Origin: an uncultured Myxococcota bacterium
GTDB taxonomy: Bacteria > Myxococcota_A > UBA796
DNA: 55,975 nucleotides
Assembly: GCA_965661045.1 (NCBI GenBank)
Contig: CBFICN010000004.1
Coordinates: 1-55,975 of the forward strand
Direction of reading: 5' to 3'
Within the stretch, counting starts at the first letter, position 1; each line of letters begins with the position of its first letter. Made by a program: the position numbers and the translations under genes. Positions 36,971 through 44,822 of this stretch are shown here, in pieces. Below the pieces are notes generated by a model. That model saw only the letters and a program-made list of their open reading frames with translations, was not told the origin of the DNA and did no database searches.

Positions 36971-38847
36971 GGGCGTCCTTTTAAATCTGGGTGAAGAGGT
37001 GCCGATTCCATCAACGTGATCTTTTTGATGGTGGGGCTGAAGTGTTTTTGCAGCATTGTATAAAGAGAGTCCGCTTCAAACAACTCTTGTAAACGGGCTT
37101 TGCGTTCGTTGTCCAACCGCGTTTGGCGTTCCGTTGGTGTTTCAACGCGTTCACCTTTTTTGCGCAGTCGAATGCTGAAGTTGCGAACGGAAAAGAACTT
37201 GGCGAGGCTGTCTTGCCAAAAGGAGTCGTTGCGGAGACTGTTCAGTCGTTGAATATTGAATTCATTGGGGGTGACAAAGATGACTCTTGAACCATCAATT
37301 TCCAAAAGCGCAATTTTGTCGACCGCATCGTGTTCTACCTTGCCAGTGCGTTTAATGTGATCAACAAAGAACCAAAACTTGTCGGCCAGACTCATTGGTG
37401 CTTTGGCTTTCTGTTTGGTTGGCGGAGTTGGTCGCTTCTCTACTCCAAACCCCGGCTTTACAGAAGGCTTCTTCTTGGATATAGTATTGGTTTTGGGCGT
37501 CTTGGAGGCGCTTAAGAATCCACTAGAAGAATGTTGTGTCGACGTTGTCTTTTTGGAACTGGCTTGGGTTGAACGGGTTTTGGATGTAGATGTCTGCTTT
37601 GTGGAACTGGGCAAAAAACCAGAAGCGCTGGACTGTTTGGTCTGTGCCCGATGGCTATCGTCATCTTGGTCTGCATTGGAATTCGAGGCACTTTTTTTGC
37701 GGGGTGTCCCACCCCCTTGCATTTTGGTGATTTTGGAAACCAAGTCATCGATGCTGTGTGCTGGTCGTATTGCAATGAGCTTGGCGACGGCCATTTCCAA
37801 TACCAATTTGGGGCGTGGAGATCGGCTGACTTGCTCATGAACATCGAGCATGACTTGAAAAGACCGCGTAAATACGTCAGAAGTGCTCTTCTTCGCCAAC
37901 TCTTCCAGTTCTTTGCGCTCGTCCTCTGGAATATCGACAAATTTGAAAGAGTCCTTCGACAAGACAACCAATGTGGCATTTCGAAGCAGTTCCAACATTT
38001 CTGAGGCAAATTCTGTGAGGTCATATCCAGAATCGTAGACTTTGTTGATGGCTTCCAGGCACTCTCCAGCATCGTGTAGCACCATGCCTTTGAGCATTGA
38101 ATAGAGCAACGCTCGATCTACCAGTCCCAATGCCGATGCAACTTGGGGAGTGGAGATGTCTTTTCCAGCAAAGGAGATGACTTGATCCAACAGGCTTTGT
38201 GAGTCTCGCATGGACCCTTCACCGGCTCGTGCAATTAAACGCAACCCACCTTCATCAATAGAGATGCCTTCCTCTTTACAAATATATTGTAAGTGTGAGA
38301 CCACGGTCGTCATGGGAATGCGTTTGAACTCAAATCGTTGACAGCGCGATAGGATGGTGTCTGGGAGTGCGTTGGGTTCCGTGGTTGCAAAGATGAACTT
38401 TACATGCGGTGGCGGTTCTTCGAGCGTTTTGAGCAAGGCGTTGAAAGCCGCTTTACTCAGCATGTGGACCTCATCGATGATGACCACTTTGATGCGCCCA
38501 TTTGGAATATACTGAAGGTCTTCTTGGAGGGTACGAGCGTTGTCGACTTTGTTGTTGGATGCGCCATCAATCTCGGTAACGGCACTGGAATTGCCACTGA
38601 GAATCTCTTGGCAAAAAATACAGGTGCCACAAGGATCGGGCGTTGGACCTTGTTCGCAGTTTAGTGCACGTGCCAAGGCTCTAGCCGTTGTCGTTTTACC
38701 GACACCTCTTGGTCCAGAGAAAAGGTAGGCGTGGTGTACTCGGTCTCTGACGATTGCGTTCTTGAGCGTTTGGGTGACGTGGGTTTGCCCAGCCATTTCT
38801 TGAAAGGAATTGGGTCGGTATCTTCGGGCAATGGCAACATAACTCAT
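36967..38847 (-). CDS. dnaX: DNA polymerase III subunit tau/gamma
   Basis: MSYVAIARRYRP, SGPRGVGKTT, Zn module CEQG..PCGTCIFC, IDEVHML, FNALLKTLEEPP, TILSRC, GSMRD. Confidence 0.97.
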   Translation of the reverse strand: MSYVAIARRYRPNSFQEMAGQTHVTQTLKNAIVRDRVHHAYLFSGPRGVGKTTTARALARALNCEQGPTPDPCGTCIFCQEILSGNSSAVTEIDGASNNKVDNARTLQEDLQYIPNGRIKVVIIDEVHMLSKAAFNALLKTLEEPPPHVKFIFATTEPNALPDTILSRCQRFEFKRIPMTTVVSHLQYICKEEGISIDEGGLRLIARAGEGSMRDSQSLLDQVISFAGKDISTPQVASALGLVDRALLYSMLKGMVLHDAGECLEAINKVYDSGYDLTEFASEMLELLRNATLVVLSKDSFKFVDIPEDERKELEELAKKSTSDVFTRSFQVMLDVHEQVSRSPRPKLVLEMAVAKLIAIRPAHSIDDLVSKITKMQGGGTPRKKSASNSNADQDDDSHRAQTKQSSASGFLPSSTKQTSTSKTRSTQASSKKTTSTQHSSSGFLSASKTPKTNTISKKKPSVKPGFGVEKRPTPPTKQKAKAPMSLADKFWFFVDHIKRTGKVEHDAVDKIALLEIDGSRVIFVTPNEFNIQRLNSLRNDSFWQDSLAKFFSVRNFSIRLRKKGERVETPTERQTRLDNERKARLQELFEADSLYTMLQKHFSPTIKKITLMESAPLHPDLKGRP

Positions 38848-38987
38848 CAGTCGTATCCTATAAGGGGTCGTCGTATCTAGTTTTAGTCCTTTTATACTGA
38901 CTATGCAATCAGATCCGGACATTGACAGTCCACAATATCTTTGGTTACTCTATTTTGTTAATTTCTTTCCATTCAATCGAGATATTG

Positions 38988-39752
38988 ATGAGTCATCCAC
39001 AAAAACAACCCCTTGCCCTTTTGGTGTTCGATACCCTATTGGGTGCGGCATTGGGTGCTGGCATGGCGTGGTTGCTGCAGCAAGGTGCTCGACCGTGGGA
39101 TGGCGTGATGCTCAATCGGTGGTATGTCGCCTTTAGTATTGGCTTTGCCGTATTGTTTTATCAAGTGTCTCCCCATGTGAGACGCAAGACTGCTGAACGT
39201 CACATTTCACTGTACGGGTTGGTGGCCAGTGTTGGGCTGTTGACGTTGTTTATTGTCCCGATGAGTTTGACAGGTGCTGTGCAAGCAAAACTCTATCATA
39301 TACCGGCACCCCTTCGAAATCAGTATCGAATTTCTTGCCTGTTTACGCATGAGTCGAAAACCTGGGACACTGCGCATTATGAAGTTCGACTGGCTGGTCA
39401 ACTTCGTTGGCAAGAAGGTCCGTTGGAAGGGTTCTTTGATTTGGACATCTTTGGGTATCGATCTCGATTCAATCGAATACTGGGCGCTTCTCGATACAAA
39501 AACTCTCGGGGAGAAGTGTACGGACGCAACAAAGTCCGACTGGAAGAGATGGGCCATTTCATTGCCAATCGCTGGGCGACACTCCATCCAGAAGATCCAC
39601 TGGTTCAGGAAGTTCGATTTACGCGGGTTCGACACAAAACTGGAGGAGAGCACTGTATGAAGCGAGAACGGTGGTCTAGACCCACGCTTGCCAGCATTCC
39701 CAGCAAGAAACACGATGTCATTCACACAGTACGGATACGCCATGAACAGTGA
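38988..39752 (+). CDS. Hypothetical membrane protein, possible DUF5819/SdpA-like partner of the HTTM protein
   Basis: Three TMs then a basic soluble domain (SCLFT, RFNR, VQEVRFTR); overlaps the HTTM gene. Confidence 0.5.
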   Translation: MSHPQKQPLALLVFDTLLGAALGAGMAWLLQQGARPWDGVMLNRWYVAFSIGFAVLFYQVSPHVRRKTAERHISLYGLVASVGLLTLFIVPMSLTGAVQAKLYHIPAPLRNQYRISCLFTHESKTWDTAHYEVRLAGQLRWQEGPLEGFFDLDIFGYRSRFNRILGASRYKNSRGEVYGRNKVRLEEMGHFIANRWATLHPEDPLVQEVRFTRVRHKTGGEHCMKRERWSRPTLASIPSKKHDVIHTVRIRHEQ

Positions 39753-40671
39753 GAGTCCAACCACAATGGATAGAATCCTTGACTGGTGGTTTCGCCCATT
39801 TCACGTTCAGTACATTCGGATTTATGAGGTGCTGATGTGCTTGACGATGGTGTATTATTTTGGTGGTTACATGACCCAAATGGAATGGTGGGTTGGTGAT
39901 TTGGGTTTTCATGCCAGTGCTACGGCGACATCCACGCACTATTTGCCACCACCGGCTCGTCCTTCTGCAGCGTGGTTCGCCCCGATTGTAACAACGTTTT
40001 ACTTTCTGTCAGGCATTTATTTGATGGGCTATGGTCGCAGGCTGTTGAACTGGGTGTTTTTTGCACTGGCCGTGTATGTGCAAGCGATGGATCAGCCATC
40101 GGCCTTCACCATCAATCGCATGCTCATCATTTATTTCTTTATGTTGGGGCTTCAACCGTTCTCTGAGCACATGGTGGATGCCGCGGGAAAGTCCAAAGAA
40201 GTGGTGTCTGGGTGGATCGTTCGCATTATCCAATTGACCTTAACAATTCAGTATACGGCGTCGGGGTTTTGCAAAATGAATGGAGGCTGGTTGCACGACA
40301 AGACCCTCATCAACCTCAACATAGTGTGGACGCAGTCTCAAGGGCATTACAAAAACTTGATTTCGGCTTGGGCGGTCAACGATCTGCCAGAACCTTTTTG
40401 GTGGGGCATCGCTGTTCTCACACTTGTCTTTGAAACGGGGGCAATTGTACTATTTTTCTGGAAACGAACGCGTCTTTGGACGGTGTTGATTGGCTTATTG
40501 ATGCACATTGGCATTGCGATTTTGATGAAAGATTTGATTTACTTTTCAATGCAAATGATGATGGCCTACGTATTCTTTTTGCCTGAGTCTTGGATTGTGA
40601 AGCTTGCCGACTGGCGCAATTGGGGCAAGGAACTGAGTCGTTTGAGACGAGATTCACTGAATACACAGTAA
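39742..40671 (+). CDS. HTTM domain protein (vitamin K-dependent carboxylase / SdpB-like)
   Basis: IQLTLTIQYTASGFCKM..W, LTLVFETG..LFFWKRTR, LMHIGIAILM..FS..M motifs. Confidence 0.8.
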   Translation: MNSESPTTMDRILDWWFRPFHVQYIRIYEVLMCLTMVYYFGGYMTQMEWWVGDLGFHASATATSTHYLPPPARPSAAWFAPIVTTFYFLSGIYLMGYGRRLLNWVFFALAVYVQAMDQPSAFTINRMLIIYFFMLGLQPFSEHMVDAAGKSKEVVSGWIVRIIQLTLTIQYTASGFCKMNGGWLHDKTLINLNIVWTQSQGHYKNLISAWAVNDLPEPFWWGIAVLTLVFETGAIVLFFWKRTRLWTVLIGLLMHIGIAILMKDLIYFSMQMMMAYVFFLPESWIVKLADWRNWGKELSRLRRDSLNTQ

Positions 40672-42117
40672 TTATGCGTTGGTCTTGTCCATCGAGTACA
40701 GATAGACGTCCTGTTTTGTGTAGGGAATTTCGATGTTGTGTTCGGTGAAAGTATTGTAGATTAAGGTGTTGGCCTGGTCTTGAATCCGAATGATGCACTC
40801 TGGATTGACTATCCACAGGCGAAGGGTAAAATCTAGGCTTGATGCGCCCATGTTGGTAAAGTGAACAACGGGAGTTAACGAAGGTCGGTCCAAAATGACA
40901 TGGTCTAGACCTTTGGCGATATCCAACAACAGTCGTCGCACCAGTTCAATATCGGAACCATAGGCCACCCCTGCCACAATTTCAATCCTGGCTTGGGGCG
41001 TTTCGCCACCACTCATGTTGATAATTTGCGCATTGGCCATGATGGAGTTGGGGATGATGATCTCTACATTTTCGGTTGTCAACAGTCTTGTGCTGCGAAA
41101 TCCGATATTGGTAACCCGTCCGCGTGTGCCGTTGTCTAAAATGAGGTAGTCGTGAAGTTTGTAGGGCGCATCTGACAGAATGGCAACGCCGGAAAATAGG
41201 CTAGACAACGTGTCTTGGGACGCGTAAGCAACAGCAATCCCAATCACACCAGCCGATGTGATCCAGAGCATGATGTTGATGTTCCAAGACAGCAAGAAGA
41301 GGTACACGCTCATCGTGATGATGGCGATTCGAAACAGCAATTGGAAGATGGGCAGCGTTCGCTCGTTGATAAAATGCCAAGCATCTTCTTGTCTCAACAG
41401 TTCTTCTAAGAGCATCGCCAACATTTTGAGAGCTGCTTGCGTCCACAGCCAAATCAAGACAGAGAGCGAGACTCCATGAAGCGCAAATATCCAAAAGTCA
41501 GACAGTAAACTGTTCGCCACACCATTTCCCAACCCAATTAAAGCAATGGATGCACTGACGGGGAGCCGAACCACTTCTAAAATGGAATCATCCAGTTCTG
41601 AGTCCGTTTGCAGTGTCAATCGAGCCGTGATTGGAAAAATGACTTTGTGGGAGAGTAAGGACAACAACATACCACTGACAATGGCGGTTAGACTCTGTAG
41701 TTCTGTTGGTAAGTCACGAAACCACGCAATGAATTTTAGAGGCGCAGGCAAGATGTTCCATGACACACATATAAGATAGGTACCGATGAGAAGCCCCAAC
41801 CCGATTGAAACAAAACTTTTTTTCAGATCGGACGATTGTCGAATCTTTCTGATTGTGAATAGAAACCACAATACAACAACAATGCTCGAGATCACTGGTC
41901 TTTCATACCAAGCATCGGTTTCCCAAGTAGAAGCATTGGTGGCACTGGTTAAGGCAATGCACAGGATCAAACTTTGCACAATGCGGTAAATAATGTGTGG
42001 TGTATGGGGATCGTCAGAGGGTAAATCCTGCAGGATGACACCTCTGTACAGTCTCAAAATCAGCAACGACACACAGCCCACTATGAGCCACAGTATGGAG
42101 CCAAGCCACACGTCCAT
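40672..42117 (-). CDS. mscS: Small-conductance mechanosensitive channel with extra N-terminal TMs
   Basis: SAGVIGIAVAYASQDTLSSLFSG, PYKLHD, GRVTNIGFRSTRL, IIIPNS, GVAYGSD, GASSLDF, IEIPY. Confidence 0.92.
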   Translation of the reverse strand: MDVWLGSILWLIVGCVSLLILRLYRGVILQDLPSDDPHTPHIIYRIVQSLILCIALTSATNASTWETDAWYERPVISSIVVVLWFLFTIRKIRQSSDLKKSFVSIGLGLLIGTYLICVSWNILPAPLKFIAWFRDLPTELQSLTAIVSGMLLSLLSHKVIFPITARLTLQTDSELDDSILEVVRLPVSASIALIGLGNGVANSLLSDFWIFALHGVSLSVLIWLWTQAALKMLAMLLEELLRQEDAWHFINERTLPIFQLLFRIAIITMSVYLFLLSWNINIMLWITSAGVIGIAVAYASQDTLSSLFSGVAILSDAPYKLHDYLILDNGTRGRVTNIGFRSTRLLTTENVEIIIPNSIMANAQIINMSGGETPQARIEIVAGVAYGSDIELVRRLLLDIAKGLDHVILDRPSLTPVVHFTNMGASSLDFTLRLWIVNPECIIRIQDQANTLIYNTFTEHNIEIPYTKQDVYLYSMDKTNA

Positions 42118-42164
42118 AGAACCTCCTAAATATCAATGGCTTCTCTTTCGTATACCATTTGCCT

Positions 42165-42195
42165 AAAGAAAGAAAGAGGCCGAATGACCTCTTTC
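42165..42195 (-). terminator. Rho-independent terminator after ssb
   Basis: Minus strand GAAAGAGGTC-ATTC-GGCCTCTTTC followed by TTTCTTT. Confidence 0.75.
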
Positions 42196-42219
42196 AACAT
42201 AATGGGTTTCAAGAATGTT

Positions 42220-42582
42220 TTACGACAAAGGAACAAGACCATTCAAGGACGGTTTTGATTTTGGCATAAGGTGCAACTGTTGCCCCAGTACATAAGAACG
42301 GTATTGCTTGACGCCATCGTCATCGATCCATTGGTCTGTTCTCAACGAGCCTTCGACAGCAAGCAAAGAACCTTTGGATAGATACTTGCAGCATGTTTGG
42401 GCTTGTTTTCCCCAAAAACGAATGCGGTGCCAGTCGGTTTCTTCGGTCCAAGCATCTTCTTTTTTGACAGGGCGATTGGTGGCAACGTTGAGGTCAACAT
42501 ATTGCTTCCCAGTGGTTGTGGTTTTGGCCTCTAAGCGACTGCCCAGTCGACCCAGTATGAACACGGTATTGATTCCACGCAT
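42220..42582 (-). CDS. ssb: Single-stranded DNA-binding protein, short form without acidic tail
   Basis: INTVFILGRLG, VATNR, ETDWHRI.FWGKQA, YLSKGSL.AVEGSLRT..W; 120 aa, no DDDIPF. Confidence 0.93.
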   Translation of the reverse strand: MRGINTVFILGRLGSRLEAKTTTTGKQYVDLNVATNRPVKKEDAWTEETDWHRIRFWGKQAQTCCKYLSKGSLLAVEGSLRTDQWIDDDGVKQYRSYVLGQQLHLMPKSKPSLNGLVPLS

Positions 42583-42647
42583 GGTAAAAACTCCATTGGT
42601 TTAAGGTTGAAAAGTGCGTGTGTTCCTGAGTGGAACGGTCGCTTTGA

Positions 42648-42663
42648 AGCAATTTTTGTTCCA
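42648..42663 (-). promoter_or_regulatory. Putative sigma54 (-24/-12) promoter for ssb
   Basis: Minus strand TGGAAC-AAAAA-TTGCT versus consensus TGGCAC-N5-TTGCW, with exact GG-N10-GC spacing. Confidence 0.6.
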
Positions 42664-42721
42664 AAATGCAACATCTTGAAATTATTGAACAATTTATTTT
42701 TGGACGTCAAGTTGGTTAATT

Positions 42722-42743
42722 TTCGTCAAAATTGTCTGACGAA
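42722..42743. promoter_or_regulatory. Inverted repeat, candidate activator binding site
   Basis: TTCGTCA-N8-TGACGAA in the divergent intergenic region. Confidence 0.4.
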
Positions 42744-42890
42744 TTCTGTCCATTTTGGTTAATATTTCGATTAGACTCAGAAATAATTCAATGAATACAA
42801 ATGTTTGGGTGTCTAGTGTGGTTTATCTAGTCGATCCATTGTTGTGAATGCGTTAAATTGTATCTACGTAATGTAAGTTGGAGTGTTTCC

Positions 42891-44801
42891 ATGCTGTCAT
42901 CTGGAATATTGTTGTTGAGTAGCCTGATGTTGGGGGCAGAAGCTGTTGAATGGCCGGACGTGTCTGTACCTGTCCATCAAGCCACCTCCAAAAGCAAGGA
43001 CCGTGCCATTATCATTGCCTTAGAAGAATATGAGTCTTTTGAGGGGGTGCGCAATGCCTCGATCAACGCTGCGGACTGGGAAGCGTATTTTACCCAAGGC
43101 CTTGGTTTGTCCGCCTCTCAGGTATCTGTACTTGCGGATGAGTCGGCCAGCCGAATGCGCATCGCGAATGAGATTAAACGGGCGGCTCGAAAAGTCCGTC
43201 GCAATGGCAACTTGTGGGTGGTCTACATCGGTCACGGCGTTACCATGTATGACTCTCAAGAAGCCGCAATCTTGCCATACTACACCCAAACGGAGACCAG
43301 AGAGTTCTATGAGAACGCCATCCCTACGTCGGAAATTGCATCGTGGCTTGGGAAGACAGATGCCAAAAGTGTTTTGTTGTTTGATGCGGCTTTCAACGGA
43401 GAGGATCGCAGCGGGCAGCGTTTGATTGACACATTGCCCATTCAGCAAGGGGTTGTCCCGACGGTAACGAAGAAAACAACCGTTCTATCCGCAGCTGCTG
43501 CCGGGGAATCAGCGGGGTATCTAATCGAGAACGGTAGACCTGCCTTTTCTTACTTGGTACTGGGAGCGTTGCGCGGTTGGTCCGATGCGGATGACAATGG
43601 TTGGATGAGTCTGTTGGAAAGTGTTGAGTATGCGGACATGGTTTTGGGAGGGCAAACACCCTCCGCACAGGGACGGTTGCGACGCAAGAAAGTGTCTGAG
43701 GCACTTGAAGATGGTCCCAGTCTTGTTCGAGAGCGCAGTCCCTTGCAGGCTGTTGACCCAATGTCCACGGTTCCAGAAGGGATGATTGAAGAGAATGTTT
43801 CCTTGGAGTCCTTACTTGGAGAACTCGAACAGCAACGTGCTTATGAGGTCAGAATTCAAGCAGAGATCGATGATCAGGTGGCAAACATTCGGACGGCAGC
43901 AGCCAAGCACTGGAAAAGGGTTCGTGCCTTTGCGGAGCAGCGTGTTGATGATCCAGCACGTGTTGCGGTGTACGCATTTCTGAGAGAATACCAAAATGTT
44001 GTGATTCAGGTGCAAGGACAGGAATTCGAAGTCGATGTACCAGAGGTTCAACTTGCCCAACAACTCCTCAGTCAGTTGGCGACACCGGAAATACAAGGCG
44101 TTGAGTTTACCTGGATTGCAGGTGGGGTATTCGATATGGGCAACACCCAGTTGTCCTCTTTGTCGCACAGTGTTCGATTGAGCCAGTCCTTTTACGTATC
44201 CAAAACCGAAGTGACGCAGGCATTGTATGAGTTTGTACTGAGTGAAAACCCCAGTGATGTACAAGGAGAGCAGTTACCGGTGACCAATGTGTCGTGGTTT
44301 GACGCGATTCGATTTGCCAATGCCCTCAGTGCGTACGAAGGCTTTGAACAGTGTTACGAAATCACAGAAGAAGATGTCTCCTTTCCGATGGGCACCAGTT
44401 GTTTGGGGTATCGATTGCCAACAGAAGCTGAGTGGGAGTTCATGGCGCGTGCGAATACCGAAGGTGGTTTTTCCGGCGGGGACCGCGTCGGTAAGATTGC
44501 TTGGGTAGAAAGCAATGGGGGGCAAGAAGTTCATTTTGTTGGGCAAAAGAGCGCCAACGCCTTTGGGTTGTATGACCTCAGTGGCAATGTTTCTGAGTGG
44601 GTGTGGGATTGGTACGGAGAATATCAGGTGTCGGACAACTTGGATCCTTTGGGGGCGCAAACTGGTACATACAGAGTGCAGCGCGGTGGTTCTGTCATGA
44701 GTGGCATTCAGCAGGCGCGTGTCGACGCTCGTCACCCTGTTAAACCTTCTTATGTTTCTCCATTTCAAGGGTTCCGAGTTGTTCGAACCGTGCCAGAATA
44801 G
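42891..44801 (+). CDS. Secreted caspase-like (peptidase C14 fold) / FGE-sulfatase (SUMF1) domain fusion
   Basis: Signal peptide (AEA|VE); DRAIIIALEEY, VYIGHG, LLFDAAFNG, FSYLVLGALRG.SDAD; C-terminal FDMG, TEVTQ, PVTNVSW.DA, YRLPTEAEWE, NAFGLYDLSGNVSEW, RGGS, GFRVVR. Confidence 0.85.
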   Translation: MLSSGILLLSSLMLGAEAVEWPDVSVPVHQATSKSKDRAIIIALEEYESFEGVRNASINAADWEAYFTQGLGLSASQVSVLADESASRMRIANEIKRAARKVRRNGNLWVVYIGHGVTMYDSQEAAILPYYTQTETREFYENAIPTSEIASWLGKTDAKSVLLFDAAFNGEDRSGQRLIDTLPIQQGVVPTVTKKTTVLSAAAAGESAGYLIENGRPAFSYLVLGALRGWSDADDNGWMSLLESVEYADMVLGGQTPSAQGRLRRKKVSEALEDGPSLVRERSPLQAVDPMSTVPEGMIEENVSLESLLGELEQQRAYEVRIQAEIDDQVANIRTAAAKHWKRVRAFAEQRVDDPARVAVYAFLREYQNVVIQVQGQEFEVDVPEVQLAQQLLSQLATPEIQGVEFTWIAGGVFDMGNTQLSSLSHSVRLSQSFYVSKTEVTQALYEFVLSENPSDVQGEQLPVTNVSWFDAIRFANALSAYEGFEQCYEITEEDVSFPMGTSCLGYRLPTEAEWEFMARANTEGGFSGGDRVGKIAWVESNGGQEVHFVGQKSANAFGLYDLSGNVSEWVWDWYGEYQVSDNLDPLGAQTGTYRVQRGGSVMSGIQQARVDARHPVKPSYVSPFQGFRVVRTVPE

Positions 44802-44822
44802 TTTATTGACACAGTAATTTGT

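Noticed and set aside
44700-44801. FGE-domain C-terminus as a diversity-generating retroelement variable region
   Set aside because: No template repeat or reverse transcriptase seen in the window
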